Source: Bacilli bacterium (GTDB taxonomy: Bacteria; Bacillota_I; Bacilli_A; RFN20; CAG-826). Taken from it: a stretch of DNA of 64,000 nucleotides. How positions within the stretch are numbered: position 1 is the first letter of the stretch; every line of letters begins with the position of its first letter. Positions 1 to 11,663 of this stretch are shown in pieces. The notes under the pieces are model-generated. The model ran no database searches and was not told the origin of the DNA. It saw nothing but the letters and a program-made list of their open reading frames with translations. The stretch lies in NCBI GenBank assembly GCA_045597865.1, contig JAZLKX010000028.1, positions 1-64,000 on the forward strand, written 5' to 3'. The position numbers were made by a program, and so were the translations under genes.

Positions 1-486
<486 letters not shown>

Positions 487-763
487 TCGTAAAATATAGG
501 TTTTATGTAATTGTCTTGTTTAAACAATTTAATTGCTTATTTTCGTTACGCAAATCTCAACATGATGAAATCAATATGAAATTGCAACATAACAGAAAGA
601 ACATGTTTTATAATATCCAGTTTTCAAAGAACAGCTCCAGAGAGATAACTAATCTCTCAAAACTAAACAGATGCGCCGAAATCTTAACATCACCAAATTG
701 ACTAAAAATAATTTAGGTTTTAATGTACGCTTCGAACAATTTTTGTCGAAGCACTTTCTCCAT
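487..763 (-). other. 16S-23S ITS without tRNA; contains rRNA processing-stem arms
   Basis: CTGTTTAGTTTTGAGAGAT (670-652) can pair with leader ATCTTTGAAAACTGAACAG (2378-2360). A second TCTTTGAAAACTGGATA copy (about 630-614) precedes 23S. No cloverleaf seen. Confidence 0.8.
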
Positions 764-2287
<1,524 letters not shown>

Positions 2288-2435
2288 TTTATCTTAGTTC
2301 AAAATTATAATCTGGTTTATTGTTTTATAAAAAAATTGACGTTAATGTTTCTTGTACATCTGTTCAGTTTTCAAAGATCAGTTTGCGCTTATATACATAG
2401 TATATGTTTTCGTCCCGAAGAACGAGCGCTTTTAT

Positions 2436-2464
2436 ATCTTACTAAAACGAAATAAGGATGTCAA
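2436..2464 (-). promoter_or_regulatory. sigma-A type rrn promoter
   Basis: TTGACA (2464-2459), 17 bp, TAAGAT (2441-2436), with AT-rich UP-like tracts upstream. Confidence 0.8.
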
Positions 2465-2740
2465 ACATTTTTTGCACTTTTTTTCAATATTTAACTTTGT
2501 TATATCCAAAAATGGGAAGATTGACCATTTTTCTTACTTTTTCCAGCAAATTTAAAAAAATATTTATTCGATGAAAACTGAACTTTTTTTATTTTTTTTA
2601 TTAAATTTTTATTAATTTTCCAAAAATTGGGAATAGAAATAGAAAAAAGACCGACTTTTGATATCGATCTCTAATCTTTTTTATTAATTTGCGCACGCCT
2701 TATTACCTTTTCTATTTAATTAAATACACACGTACGCGCA

Positions 2741-2769
2741 AAAGAAAAGGAGCGGCGAACCGCTCCTTT
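2741..2769 (-). terminator. intrinsic terminator after BI-1 gene
   Basis: AAAGGAGCGG-TTCG-CCGCTCCTTTT hairpin with T-tract. Confidence 0.9.
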
Positions 2770-2772
2770 AAC

Positions 2773-3516
2773 TTATCTTCTTGATCTAGCGACAAGTGCT
2801 AGAAGTTTAATGAAGATATAAATGAAATCAACATAAAGAGATAAAGCACAAAGTAATGCAACATTCTTTGCAGCACCACCTCTTGAAGCAATTTCTTTTA
2901 CATTTCTTAAATCAATTACAGTAATGAGAATAACTGCAATAAGCATAACAAAGGAAATAACTGCGCTTGTTATAACAGCAACAGGTTCAAAAAATAACAT
3001 TAGTGGAAGATTTATTAAAAGCAACATGAATGATCCAAATAATAATCCTGAACCAATTAAACCTAAAGTAGATAAATTTCTCTTTGAGAACCATGCAATT
3101 AATGTCATTAATCCAAAGGCCAAGCAAGTACCACCAAATGCAATTGCGATATCAACAAATGGGATAAAATTTGTAAAAGTAGAAAGGAATACACCCATTG
3201 TAATTGAGTAAAGCACATAGCATGGTACCATGCCCTTAGAACTTCTAAGAGCAGCTACTTGGACAATAATCATCATAGGAATATAGAGAACCAAAGAGAC
3301 GATCAAGGTAATTAAATATGCCTTAGAAGCTACTTCTGCTGTTTCAGCTGAAAATAACAATTTTTCAAATAATGCGCCAAGGCCAATTGCAACAACACCT
3401 GTAATTAGCAAAGCTAAAAACATGTAAAGGAAAACAGCACCAATGAATTTTGAGCCATCAGCAACTGAAACTTGGCTTGGTCTAGATTTGCGACCTAAAA
3501 CTTCGTCTTTTGTCAT
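2773..3516 (-). CDS. Bax inhibitor-1/YccA family membrane protein
   Basis: About 7 TM segments; C-terminal ALSLYVDFIYIF motif; SD GGAGG. Confidence 0.85.
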   Translation of the reverse strand: MTKDEVLGRKSRPSQVSVADGSKFIGAVFLYMFLALLITGVVAIGLGALFEKLLFSAETAEVASKAYLITLIVSLVLYIPMMIIVQVAALRSSKGMVPCYVLYSITMGVFLSTFTNFIPFVDIAIAFGGTCLAFGLMTLIAWFSKRNLSTLGLIGSGLLFGSFMLLLINLPLMLFFEPVAVITSAVISFVMLIAVILITVIDLRNVKEIASRGGAAKNVALLCALSLYVDFIYIFIKLLALVARSRR

Positions 3517-3528
3517 CTTTATACCTCC

Positions 3529-4278
3529 TTAAATGTTTTCAATTAATTGTTTGAATGAATCAACTTTTAAAGAAGCTCCACCGACAAGTGCGCCATCAAC
3601 GTCTGCTTGAAGTAAATAATCGTGGACGTTTTCTGGTTTAACACTGCCACCGTATAAAATACGGACATCATCTGCTACATCACCAAATGATTCTTTTATT
3701 AAACCACGGATGAATGAGCAAATGTCTTGAGCAATTTCTTTAGAAGCATTCTTACCAGTACCAATGGACCAAACTGGTTCATAAGCAATAACAATTTTCT
3801 TCATATCATCACTTGTTAAATCTTTTAAGCCATCACAAATTTGTTCTTTAATAACATCTTTTGTTTTGCCTTTTTCAAATTCTGCAAGTGTTTCGCCAAC
3901 ACAATAAATAATTGTCATGTTGTTTGAAAGCAAAGCTTTCATCTTCTTGTTGCATGTTTCATTGGTTTCAGCAAAGTAAGTTCTTCTTTCTGAGTGACCA
4001 ATAATGCACCAATCAACACCAATTTCTTTAAGCATTGGAATGGAGATTTCTCCTGTAAAAGCACCATGATCTTCGAAGTGGCAGTTTTGTGCTGCAACTG
4101 TTAAAGATTTGTTTGCTTTTTTAAGAGCAGCAAGCGAAAGGAAAACTGGAGCAACTCCGATATCAACGCCTTTGGCGTCTGCTGCTTTTTGAAGTTTTTT
4201 GGATTCTTTACCAAATGCCTTTGATTCGGCAATGGTCTTGTTCATTTTCCAGTTTCCAAATAATAATTTTCTTCTCAT
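3529..4278 (-). CDS. tpiA: triosephosphate isomerase
   Basis: GNWKMNK, GHSERR, AYEPVWSIGTG, YGGSV, LVGGASL. Confidence 0.99.
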   Translation of the reverse strand: MRRKLLFGNWKMNKTIAESKAFGKESKKLQKAADAKGVDIGVAPVFLSLAALKKANKSLTVAAQNCHFEDHGAFTGEISIPMLKEIGVDWCIIGHSERRTYFAETNETCNKKMKALLSNNMTIIYCVGETLAEFEKGKTKDVIKEQICDGLKDLTSDDMKKIVIAYEPVWSIGTGKNASKEIAQDICSFIRGLIKESFGDVADDVRILYGGSVKPENVHDYLLQADVDGALVGGASLKVDSFKQLIENI

Positions 4279-4280
4279 AA

Positions 4281-5492
4281 TTATCTTAAAATATCAACGC
4301 CTGGTAAGTGGCCGTCGTTTTCAATCATTTCAAGGGAAGCGCCACCGCCAGTAGAGACGTGTGAGAAAGCTTCTTTATAACCGAATTCTTTAATTGCGGC
4401 TGCGGAGTCTCCACCACCACAAACTGAGAATGCATTCTTTAAGCCTGCAACTGCTTTACAAATTGCGATTGTTCCGCTTGAGAATTCTTTTTGCTCAAAG
4501 ACACCCATTGGTCCATTCCAGAAAATCATCTTTGCTTTTGCAATTTCGCTTGCGAAGAGCTTTTCAGATTCTGGTCCAATATCCATTCCTTGCATTCCTG
4601 CTGGAACGTTATCGGTAACGACCATTCTAACTGTCCATCCTTCGAATGCATCAGTTACAACTGAGTCAACTGGAAGAACAATTTTGCCTTCTGCTTCTTT
4701 TAAGCATTTACGAGCATAATCTAATTGATCATCTTCGACTGGTGAATTTCCGGTTTCCATTCCAAGAGCTTTCTTGAATGTGTATGCCATAGCACCGCCG
4801 ATGATAATCTTATCGCACTTCCTAAGAAGTGAATCTATAACTTTGATTTTATCTGAAACTTTTAAACCACCAAGAATTGCGACGTATGGACGATCTGAGT
4901 CTTTAACATCAACACATCTTGTGAGGTTTGCAATTTCTTTTTCAACTAAATAGCCACAAGCAACTGGTTTGCCTTCGCCTTTAAGAATTTCTGGAATTCC
5001 ATAGGTGGAAGCGTGTGCTCTGTGTGCTGAACCGAATGCGTCCATAACATAAGCATCTGCGACTTTTGCCCAAGCTGCTGCGAGTTCTGGATCATTCTTT
5101 TCTTCGCCCTTTTCATAACGTGTGTTTTGAACAAGTAAAACATCACCATCTTTTAAGGCTGCAACTGCTTTTTCAAAATCAGCACCTCTAGTGGCTGCTG
5201 AGAAAGCAACTTTTTTACCAAGTAAATCGCCAAGGACTGGAGCAACAACAACTAAGTTGTTCTTGATCATTTGTGCCTTGACTACATCTGGTTCTTCTTT
5301 GTGTTTAATCTTTCCTAAATGTGAAAGTAAAACAACACGAGCGCCTTCATCAATCAATTTTTGAATTGTAGGAAGAGCTGCTCTAACACGGTTATCATCA
5401 CGGACAACACCATCTTTAAGTGGGACGTTGAAGTCAACACGAACAATGACAACTTTGCCTTTGAGGTTTTTTAAATTATCAACTGTTAACAT
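4281..5492 (-). CDS. pgk: phosphoglycerate kinase
   Basis: RVDFNVP, SHLG, DAFGSAHRAHAS, WNGPMGVFE, GGGDS, STGGGAS. Start moved to MLTVDN behind SD AGGAGG. Confidence 0.98.
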   Translation of the reverse strand: MLTVDNLKNLKGKVVIVRVDFNVPLKDGVVRDDNRVRAALPTIQKLIDEGARVVLLSHLGKIKHKEEPDVVKAQMIKNNLVVVAPVLGDLLGKKVAFSAATRGADFEKAVAALKDGDVLLVQNTRYEKGEEKNDPELAAAWAKVADAYVMDAFGSAHRAHASTYGIPEILKGEGKPVACGYLVEKEIANLTRCVDVKDSDRPYVAILGGLKVSDKIKVIDSLLRKCDKIIIGGAMAYTFKKALGMETGNSPVEDDQLDYARKCLKEAEGKIVLPVDSVVTDAFEGWTVRMVVTDNVPAGMQGMDIGPESEKLFASEIAKAKMIFWNGPMGVFEQKEFSSGTIAICKAVAGLKNAFSVCGGGDSAAAIKEFGYKEAFSHVSTGGGASLEMIENDGHLPGVDILR

Positions 5493-5515
5493 AATTTTAT
5501 GTCCTCCTTTTGAGA

Positions 5516-5545
5516 CAAAGAGGCCCAACAAAGTTGGGGCCCCTT
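5516..5545 (-). terminator. hairpin between gap and pgk (leaky terminator or mRNA stabiliser)
   Basis: AAGGGGCCCCAAC-TTT-GTTGGGCCTCTTT. Confidence 0.65.
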
Positions 5546-5563
5546 ATATGTTTAGTTATGCAA

Positions 5564-6637
5564 TTAGCACTTTTCAGAGAAGTACTTAATTGTACGAACC
5601 ATTTGTGATGTGTAGGAGTTTTCGTTATCGTACCAAGAGACAACTTGAACTTCGAACATACCGTCAGCAATTTTGCTGACCATGGTTTGTGTGGCATCAA
5701 ATAATGAACCAAATCTCATACCGATGACATCGCTTGAAACGATTGGGTCTTCGTTGTATCCATAGGATTCATTTGCTGCTGCCTTCATTGCTGCATTGAT
5801 AACTTCTGGTGTTAATTCACCATCATATTTACAAACAGCTGTAAGAATTGTGGTTGAACCAGTTGGAACTGGAACTCTTTGAGCAGAACCGATAAGTTTT
5901 CCATTTAATTCTGGAATAACTAATCCAATTGCCTTTGCAGCACCTGTGCTGTTTGGAACAATGTTGGTTGCACCACCACGTGCTCTACGCATATCACCTT
6001 TTCTGTGTGGACCATCAAGAAGCATTTGGTCGCCTGTGTAAGCGTGAATTGTGCTCATGATACCAGATTGAATTGGTGCTAAGTCGTTGAGTGCTTTTGC
6101 CATTGGGGCTAAGCAGTTTGTTGTACAGCTTGCAGCTGAGATGACATTATCATCTTTTGTTAATGTTTCATGGTTAACGTTGTAGACGATTGTTGGTAAA
6201 TCTTTTCCTGCTGGAGCAGAGATAACAACTTTACGTGCACCTGCGTTAATGTGAGCCATAGCTTTATCTTTAGATGTATAGAAACCTGTACATTCTAAGA
6301 CGACGTCGACTTTGTGTTCGCCCCATGGAAGTTCTGCTGCATTTGCTTTTGCATAGATGACGATTTCTTTGCCATCAACAGTGATTGATCCTGGTTCGAG
6401 AACTGTCTTACCATCTTCTGCTAAAACTGGTTCTTTACTTGAAACGGTGTGTAAGCCTTCACCAATGTGTCCTGCATAACCGCCTTGAGCAGTATCATAC
6501 TTTAAGAGGTTTGCTAACATCTTTGGGGAAGTAAGATCGTTAATAGCGACGATTTCATAACCCTTTGCACCAAACATTTGTCTGAATGCTAAACGGCCAA
6601 TTCTACCGAAGCCATTGATTGCAACTTTTACTGACAT
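5564..6637 (-). CDS. gap: glyceraldehyde-3-phosphate dehydrogenase (type I)
   Basis: [22 protein letters not shown]; SD AGGAGG. Confidence 0.99.
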   Translation of the reverse strand: MSVKVAINGFGRIGRLAFRQMFGAKGYEIVAINDLTSPKMLANLLKYDTAQGGYAGHIGEGLHTVSSKEPVLAEDGKTVLEPGSITVDGKEIVIYAKANAAELPWGEHKVDVVLECTGFYTSKDKAMAHINAGARKVVISAPAGKDLPTIVYNVNHETLTKDDNVISAASCTTNCLAPMAKALNDLAPIQSGIMSTIHAYTGDQMLLDGPHRKGDMRRARGGATNIVPNSTGAAKAIGLVIPELNGKLIGSAQRVPVPTGSTTILTAVCKYDGELTPEVINAAMKAAANESYGYNEDPIVSSDVIGMRFGSLFDATQTMVSKIADGMFEVQVVSWYDNENSYTSQMVRTIKYFSEKC

Positions 6638-6669
6638 TTAATATGTCCTCCTTTTTAATTGCCGGTATT

Positions 6670-6698
6670 ATTATAATAATAAGATTTTCACGTGTAAA
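6670..6698 (-). promoter_or_regulatory. gap promoter
   Basis: TTTACA (6698-6693), 17 bp, TATAAT (6675-6670). Confidence 0.8.
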
Positions 6699-6699
6699 T

Positions 6700-6730
6700 A
6701 AAAAAATAACACTTTCGATTGAAAGTGCTT
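6700..6730 (-). terminator. terminator after XRE gene
   Basis: CACTTTC-AATC-GAAAGTG followed by T-rich tract. Confidence 0.65.
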
Positions 6731-6762
6731 ACTTAAAGAACAAGATTCCGCTTATAAGCGGC

Positions 6763-6990
6763 CTAAATCCCTGGTATTGTTTCAACACCTTTGAACAATT
6801 CTTCGAGAGAAATTTGGAAAGCAAAACAAAGTCTTTCCAGGATATCTAGAGAAGGGTTTCTTCTACCATTTTCAAGGTCACAAATATAGTTCTTGTTTAT
6901 GCTTGATTCTAAAGCCAAATCTTCTTGCGACCACTTGCGTTGTTTTCTAAGAAATTTTATACGCATTCCAAGTTGTTCTTGAGCCTTCAT
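6763..6990 (-). CDS. XRE/Cro-family helix-turn-helix regulator
   Basis: IKFLRKQRKWSQEDLA...YICDLENGRRNPSL; ATGA overlap with the whiA stop. Confidence 0.9.
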   Translation of the reverse strand: MKAQEQLGMRIKFLRKQRKWSQEDLALESSINKNYICDLENGRRNPSLDILERLCFAFQISLEELFKGVETIPGI

Positions 6991-7946
6991 TTTTTGATTG
7001 CTCCTTTGACCCTTTCGGCCTTAGTGTGGATAGCCCTTAAAATGTGGTTAATATTTGACTTAGAAACTGGCTCTCCCAACTCTCTTGTCATTTCTTGAGA
7101 CAATTCAAAAAGTGTAAAATCATCGTGATTTAAGCGGATTTTCGCGAGGATTTTCATCTTTTCATTAGATAGATTTTCTATTCCCAAAACCTTATCGATG
7201 ATTTTTATATCCTCGATTTGTTTCTCTGCTGCAGCAGTAGTTTTTTCATAGTTTGCAGCATCTAAATTTTGCAGTCTATTTCCGATACTTGAATACTCTC
7301 TATCGATACGAATATTTTCAAATTCTAAAGTCATGTTTGAACAGCCCATCATTGATAAGAAATCGACCACCTGTTGAGCTCTTTTTAAGTAGACTACAAA
7401 GTTGTTTCTTCTCTTAACAATTTTTGGTGTAAATTCAGTTGCTTTATACTTCATAATTAACTTGCTAAACCACTTAGCAAAATTTTCTTCGTTTAATGCA
7501 ACTTCAAGATGATAATTTGAATTTTTTGGAGAGTTGACTGAACCGGCAGCTAAAAAGGCTCCAGAAATATAACCAGAGATTGCATCGTCAGTTGAAACAA
7601 TGTTTTTAGCAATCTTGCCTTCAATGAATGAAATCTCTAAATCTCCAATAATGTAATCACCTTCATCAATAACAACTGAATAAGTTGTGCGTTTCTTAAA
7701 ACTCATCTCTCTCGAGTATGAGAAACGTGGAGTAATTCCATAAATTCTATCAATTGAATGATAAATAAATTTAGCAATCTTTGCATTCTCTGTTTTACAG
7801 ACAATCATTGATTTACCACCACTAATTGTAAGGTGGCCATTAACTTTAATAAATGCAGCTAAAAATGCTCTTAAATGCTCATCGGAAAAAGAGATGGAGC
7901 AAAGCTCCTCCTTAACTTTTTGAGTAAACGAGACTTTAGCTTGCAT
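6987..7946 (-). CDS. whiA: DNA-binding protein WhiA
   Basis: SFTQKVKEEL, GAFLAAGSVNSP, YHLE, NRLQNLDAANYEKT, SKSNINH; follows rapZ as in Bacilli. Confidence 0.93.
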   Translation of the reverse strand: MQAKVSFTQKVKEELCSISFSDEHLRAFLAAFIKVNGHLTISGGKSMIVCKTENAKIAKFIYHSIDRIYGITPRFSYSREMSFKKRTTYSVVIDEGDYIIGDLEISFIEGKIAKNIVSTDDAISGYISGAFLAAGSVNSPKNSNYHLEVALNEENFAKWFSKLIMKYKATEFTPKIVKRRNNFVVYLKRAQQVVDFLSMMGCSNMTLEFENIRIDREYSSIGNRLQNLDAANYEKTTAAAEKQIEDIKIIDKVLGIENLSNEKMKILAKIRLNHDDFTLFELSQEMTRELGEPVSKSNINHILRAIHTKAERVKGAIKK

Positions 7947-7948
7947 AA

Positions 7949-8800
7949 TTATTTTTCTTCAACTTTTCTTGGCAAATCCTTATGAGAAACGTTTGTAACA
8001 TACTTCTTGCTATAGTACTCGCAAAGATAATTTGCAATTACAACGCTCCTATGTTGTCCGCCAGAACATGCAATACCAATTGAAGCATGATTACGATCGT
8101 TTTTCTTTAATTCTTCTAAATAGAAGTCTAAATATTTAATAATGTTTTTGAGATATTCTTTAGTTTCAGAAGCACTCAAAACATAATCAATAACTTCTTT
8201 ATCAAAACCATTTTTATCTTTTAATTCTGGAACCCAAAATGGGTTAGGTAGTAAACGAACATCAAATACTGTTTCAATGTCTTGAGGTACAGAAATTTTG
8301 TATCCAAAAGAATAGAATGAAACTGTAAATTTATGTCTATTTTCTAAACATGTATCAAATATAACATTTCTAAATTCATTCTTTGACAACTTTGTTGTAT
8401 CAATGAAAAAACCAAAATAATCCCTTAATTTTCTAATCTCTGCAAGATCTTCTTTAATACATTGATCGAGAGATAATCCTTCAACTTGTCTTGGGTGTAA
8501 TTTTCTTGTTAAGCGGAAACGTTCATTGAGGACAGCTTCTGAACATGTAATTCCAACAAATTTAGTATCAAAACTTTTATGCTTTAAAGCAAGTTCGAAT
8601 GTTTCTTTAGCATTAAAAAGCGAAACTGTTAGAGCAACTTTTTTATATTTTGCAGGATCTTTTTCAATAATATTGAAGTATTCATCTGCTACAGCAACTG
8701 GAATGTTGTCGGTTACTTCGTAACCAGACTCTTCAAAACATTGCATAGCAAGTGTCTTGCCGCCACCGGTAACTCCTGTAAAAATAATCAATTCTACCAT
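7949..8800 (-). CDS. rapZ: RapZ/YvcJ P-loop NTP-binding protein
   Basis: GVTGGGKT, DNIP, SFGYK, DVRLLPNP, CSGGQHRSV. Confidence 0.92.
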   Translation of the reverse strand: MVELIIFTGVTGGGKTLAMQCFEESGYEVTDNIPVAVADEYFNIIEKDPAKYKKVALTVSLFNAKETFELALKHKSFDTKFVGITCSEAVLNERFRLTRKLHPRQVEGLSLDQCIKEDLAEIRKLRDYFGFFIDTTKLSKNEFRNVIFDTCLENRHKFTVSFYSFGYKISVPQDIETVFDVRLLPNPFWVPELKDKNGFDKEVIDYVLSASETKEYLKNIIKYLDFYLEELKKNDRNHASIGIACSGGQHRSVVIANYLCEYYSKKYVTNVSHKDLPRKVEEK

Positions 8801-8817
8801 AACTTGTCCTCCAAATT

Positions 8818-8826
8818 ATTATACCA
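8818..8826 (-). promoter_or_regulatory. extended -10 promoter for rapZ-whiA-XRE
   Basis: TGGTATAAT just upstream of SD GGAGG and the rapZ ATG. Confidence 0.55.
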
Positions 8827-8840
8827 CAATAAGTGTACTT

Positions 8841-9743
8841 TTACTTAAGTAATTTGCAGTAATTGTCTGCAGAAGTAGCTGCAGCTGCGCCATCGCCCGC
8901 TGCAGTAATTAACTGTTTTAAGTTTTTATCAACGATATCCCCAGCAACATAAAGCCCTGGAATATTTGTCATTCTTTCCTCATTTGCTTTAACAAAAATG
9001 CCCTTCATTTCAGGTTTTAAATTGTTAAGAATTTGAGTTGATGTTTTCTTACCAATGTATGGGAAAATACCAGAAATGCTGATAGTTTTTCCGTTTATTT
9101 TCATTCCGGTCACTCCAAAATCATCACCAACAATTTCATCGACATTAGATTCTAAAAATAATTCAATATTTTCACACATTTTGATTTTATCAACCAAGCG
9201 CTTATCGCCGTTTAATTTTTCATCAGGGCATACCAAATAAAGTTTCTTAACTAATTCTGCTAAATACAATGATTCTTCCAAACAAATATTGTTATTACCA
9301 ACTACCGCCACATCAGCGTCCTTAAAGAAATTTCCATCGCATGTTGCACAATAAGAAACGCCAAAACCTGAAAACTTCTCTTCGCCAGGTATTGTCTTTG
9401 ATGCTTGTGATAGCCCGGTTGCAACAATTACAGCCTTTGCCTCATAAGAATCAATGTCAGTCACAACTTCAAATCCATGTTCTTCTTTTAAAATTGTTTG
9501 GACATTGCCATAAATGAGTGGAATATTGTTATAACGAAGTTGATCCATTAGTTGTATCAAAATATCACTTCCTGTTGTCTTGCCTGCACCAGGAAAATTT
9601 TCAACAGTTTTTAATTGATTAAGCATTCCACCAGCTAAACTTCCTTCTAAAATCATAAAGTCAGCATTAGCGCGTTTTAAATAAAGAGCTGCAGAAATCC
9701 CAGCCATGCCTGATCCAATAATTACAATATCAGTTCGCTTCAT
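8841..9743 (-). CDS. trxB: thioredoxin reductase-like flavoprotein (NADPH motifs degenerate)
   Basis: GSGMAG FAD motif, ENFPG, ATG, GVSYCATCDG, AGD, and trxB synteny. The GGGxxA and HRR motifs are absent. Confidence 0.85.
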   Translation of the reverse strand: MKRTDIVIIGSGMAGISAALYLKRANADFMILEGSLAGGMLNQLKTVENFPGAGKTTGSDILIQLMDQLRYNNIPLIYGNVQTILKEEHGFEVVTDIDSYEAKAVIVATGLSQASKTIPGEEKFSGFGVSYCATCDGNFFKDADVAVVGNNNICLEESLYLAELVKKLYLVCPDEKLNGDKRLVDKIKMCENIELFLESNVDEIVGDDFGVTGMKINGKTISISGIFPYIGKKTSTQILNNLKPEMKGIFVKANEERMTNIPGLYVAGDIVDKNLKQLITAAGDGAAAATSADNYCKLLK

Positions 9744-10391
9744 TTAAAACTCCTTTACCCATTTTTTATAATCATCAATAAGTAAATCGATTTTGGCGTC
9801 TTTTGGGAGAAGTCTTGGTGACCAACCAACATAGCCAAAATCAACACCGGCATTTTTAGCAGTTAGATAATCGAAAATAGAATCGCCTATATAGATAACA
9901 TGTTCTTTATTTTCTATCCCAAAATGTTTCATTGCCATGTAAATTCCATCTGGCTCTGGTTTCAATTTACCGGCCTCATCAGCACAGACACAAAAAATAT
10001 TTAAATCATCTATTCCCATAAGCTTGAGCGTATAGTCGGTTCCACTGCGATGTTTATTAGTAATTATTGAAAAAAGCACGTTTTTCCTGGACATTTTACG
10101 TAATAAAGCTTCTGCTCCTGGATAAAGCGTAGAATGTTTAATATAGTTTTGATTAGAATATTTTCTCCACTCAGAAAGCATTAAATCTTGATCTTGATTT
10201 GGAAATTCTTGAAGCAATGTATCTCTAATTTGTGGTCCGGAAAATGTAAGGATGTGTTCATCATTAATTTTGTATTCTGGTTTATACATTTTATAAAGTG
10301 TATGAAAAGTAACCCTTAACATTTCGTCACTATTAAGTAACGTTCCGTCTAAGTCAAATAAATAAAGCTTATACTTTGATTTTGTCACCAT
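9744..10391 (-). CDS. HAD-family hydrolase (PpaX/phosphoglycolate phosphatase-like)
   Basis: FDLDGTL, ITNK, KPEP, IGDSIFD; sits at the ppaX position next to lgt. Confidence 0.9.
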   Translation of the reverse strand: MVTKSKYKLYLFDLDGTLLNSDEMLRVTFHTLYKMYKPEYKINDEHILTFSGPQIRDTLLQEFPNQDQDLMLSEWRKYSNQNYIKHSTLYPGAEALLRKMSRKNVLFSIITNKHRSGTDYTLKLMGIDDLNIFCVCADEAGKLKPEPDGIYMAMKHFGIENKEHVIYIGDSIFDYLTAKNAGVDFGYVGWSPRLLPKDAKIDLLIDDYKKWVKEF

Positions 10392-11661
10392 ATTTATCTT
10401 CCAAGTTTTTACTCATTCTCACCTTGTGGATTACAAAGAACATAACAAACAATGCAACTCCAACGCCCATCATAACAAATGCTGTAATGTAAGACTGGTT
10501 ATACTCAAACGATGAATTTCTGAGTGGCTCCATTACAATTCTAACGATGCCATACCAAACAAGATAAAGAGATGATTGATATCCTAGTCCAACATGACAT
10601 TTAAGGAGTTTACCGCAGAAATAACGAATAATAAAATATCCTGCCAAATTGATAGTGCCTTCAATCAAAAATAGCGGCACTCTATATTGACCATAAATGT
10701 ACATATTATTTTTGATAATTGTTGGAAGGAATCCTAATGCATCATTTCCTAAAGCTGCGCCATAAACCTCTTGGTTAAAGAAGTTTCCCCAACGTCCAAT
10801 GCATTGAGCAATCAAGATCGTAGGAATAGCAACATCCATTGCATATCTAATATCAATATATTTTCTAAATATAAGGACAAACGAAACACCAGCAATAATG
10901 CCAAGTGTTGCGCCACCTTGAATTGCCATACCACCATTTGTAATTTTTAAAATATCTGCTGGATGTGCTAAATAATACTCTGGTTCAAGAATTAAACAGA
11001 ACCAAAGTCTTGCGCCAATAACGCCCATTAAAAATGCAAAGATAAATAAACTATCTGCAAGATTATGTGCTCCATACTTTTTATAGAACATATGGTCTGT
11101 AATTGCGAGTGGGAATAGAGCACCGGACACAATTAAAACTCCGTAAAATTTAATTGTAAAACCAGAATCCTCACCAGGTCTTACTAAACCTTTTGTAAAT
11201 GAAATGCCATTTGGAAGAGCTTCTCCTAGTGGAATATGATGAGCGAAACCTTCAGTAAAAAGAATGAGGCCGACAAACAATAAAGGAATAGCAGCAAACG
11301 TTAAAATCCTGGCAATTTTGCGTTGTTTTTTATCAAAATCAGTTCTCCAGTAATACAAAATAAATGATGAAAGCCCAATTGCAAACGCAGTGCCAAAAAT
11401 ATATGAACCAAAGATTAGCATTGCGTGTTCGCCGGCATTTAATGTCCAACCTTTTACACCAATAATTCCATAACTTGAAATAATAGTGAAAAGACCTTGT
11501 GCAAGTGCCAAACACATAAGCAAGATTTTTTCTTTGCCTTCAATTTTTGGATTTTCAACTCCTGGAACATGAGTTTTACAGAATTTTTGAACTTTATAAA
11601 CAAGGTAACCGCAACAAGCGATTCCAAGAATTAGACCAATAATAAGTAATGCAATTCCCAT
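10369..11661 (-). CDS. lgt: prolipoprotein diacylglyceryl transferase with N-terminal membrane extension
   Basis: GARLW, GGMAIQGG, GRWGNFFNQEVYG, YGIVRIVMEPLR. Confidence 0.93.
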   Translation of the reverse strand: MGIALLIIGLILGIACCGYLVYKVQKFCKTHVPGVENPKIEGKEKILLMCLALAQGLFTIISSYGIIGVKGWTLNAGEHAMLIFGSYIFGTAFAIGLSSFILYYWRTDFDKKQRKIARILTFAAIPLLFVGLILFTEGFAHHIPLGEALPNGISFTKGLVRPGEDSGFTIKFYGVLIVSGALFPLAITDHMFYKKYGAHNLADSLFIFAFLMGVIGARLWFCLILEPEYYLAHPADILKITNGGMAIQGGATLGIIAGVSFVLIFRKYIDIRYAMDVAIPTILIAQCIGRWGNFFNQEVYGAALGNDALGFLPTIIKNNMYIYGQYRVPLFLIEGTINLAGYFIIRYFCGKLLKCHVGLGYQSSLYLVWYGIVRIVMEPLRNSSFEYNQSYITAFVMMGVGVALFVMFFVIHKVRMSKNLEDKYGDKIKV

Positions 11662-11663
11662 AA

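Noticed and set aside
2466-2740. CRISPR array or repeat element in the AT-rich spacer (two TCCAAAAAT(T)GGGAA copies)
   Set aside because: Only two short imperfect copies in low-complexity sequence, with no regular repeat-spacer periodicity and no cas genes.
6987-6989. Genetic code 4 (TGA=Trp) given the Mollicute-like features
   Set aside because: whiA (6987) and the methyltransferase (42259) end in TGA at family-typical lengths, and all long genes are open under code 11.
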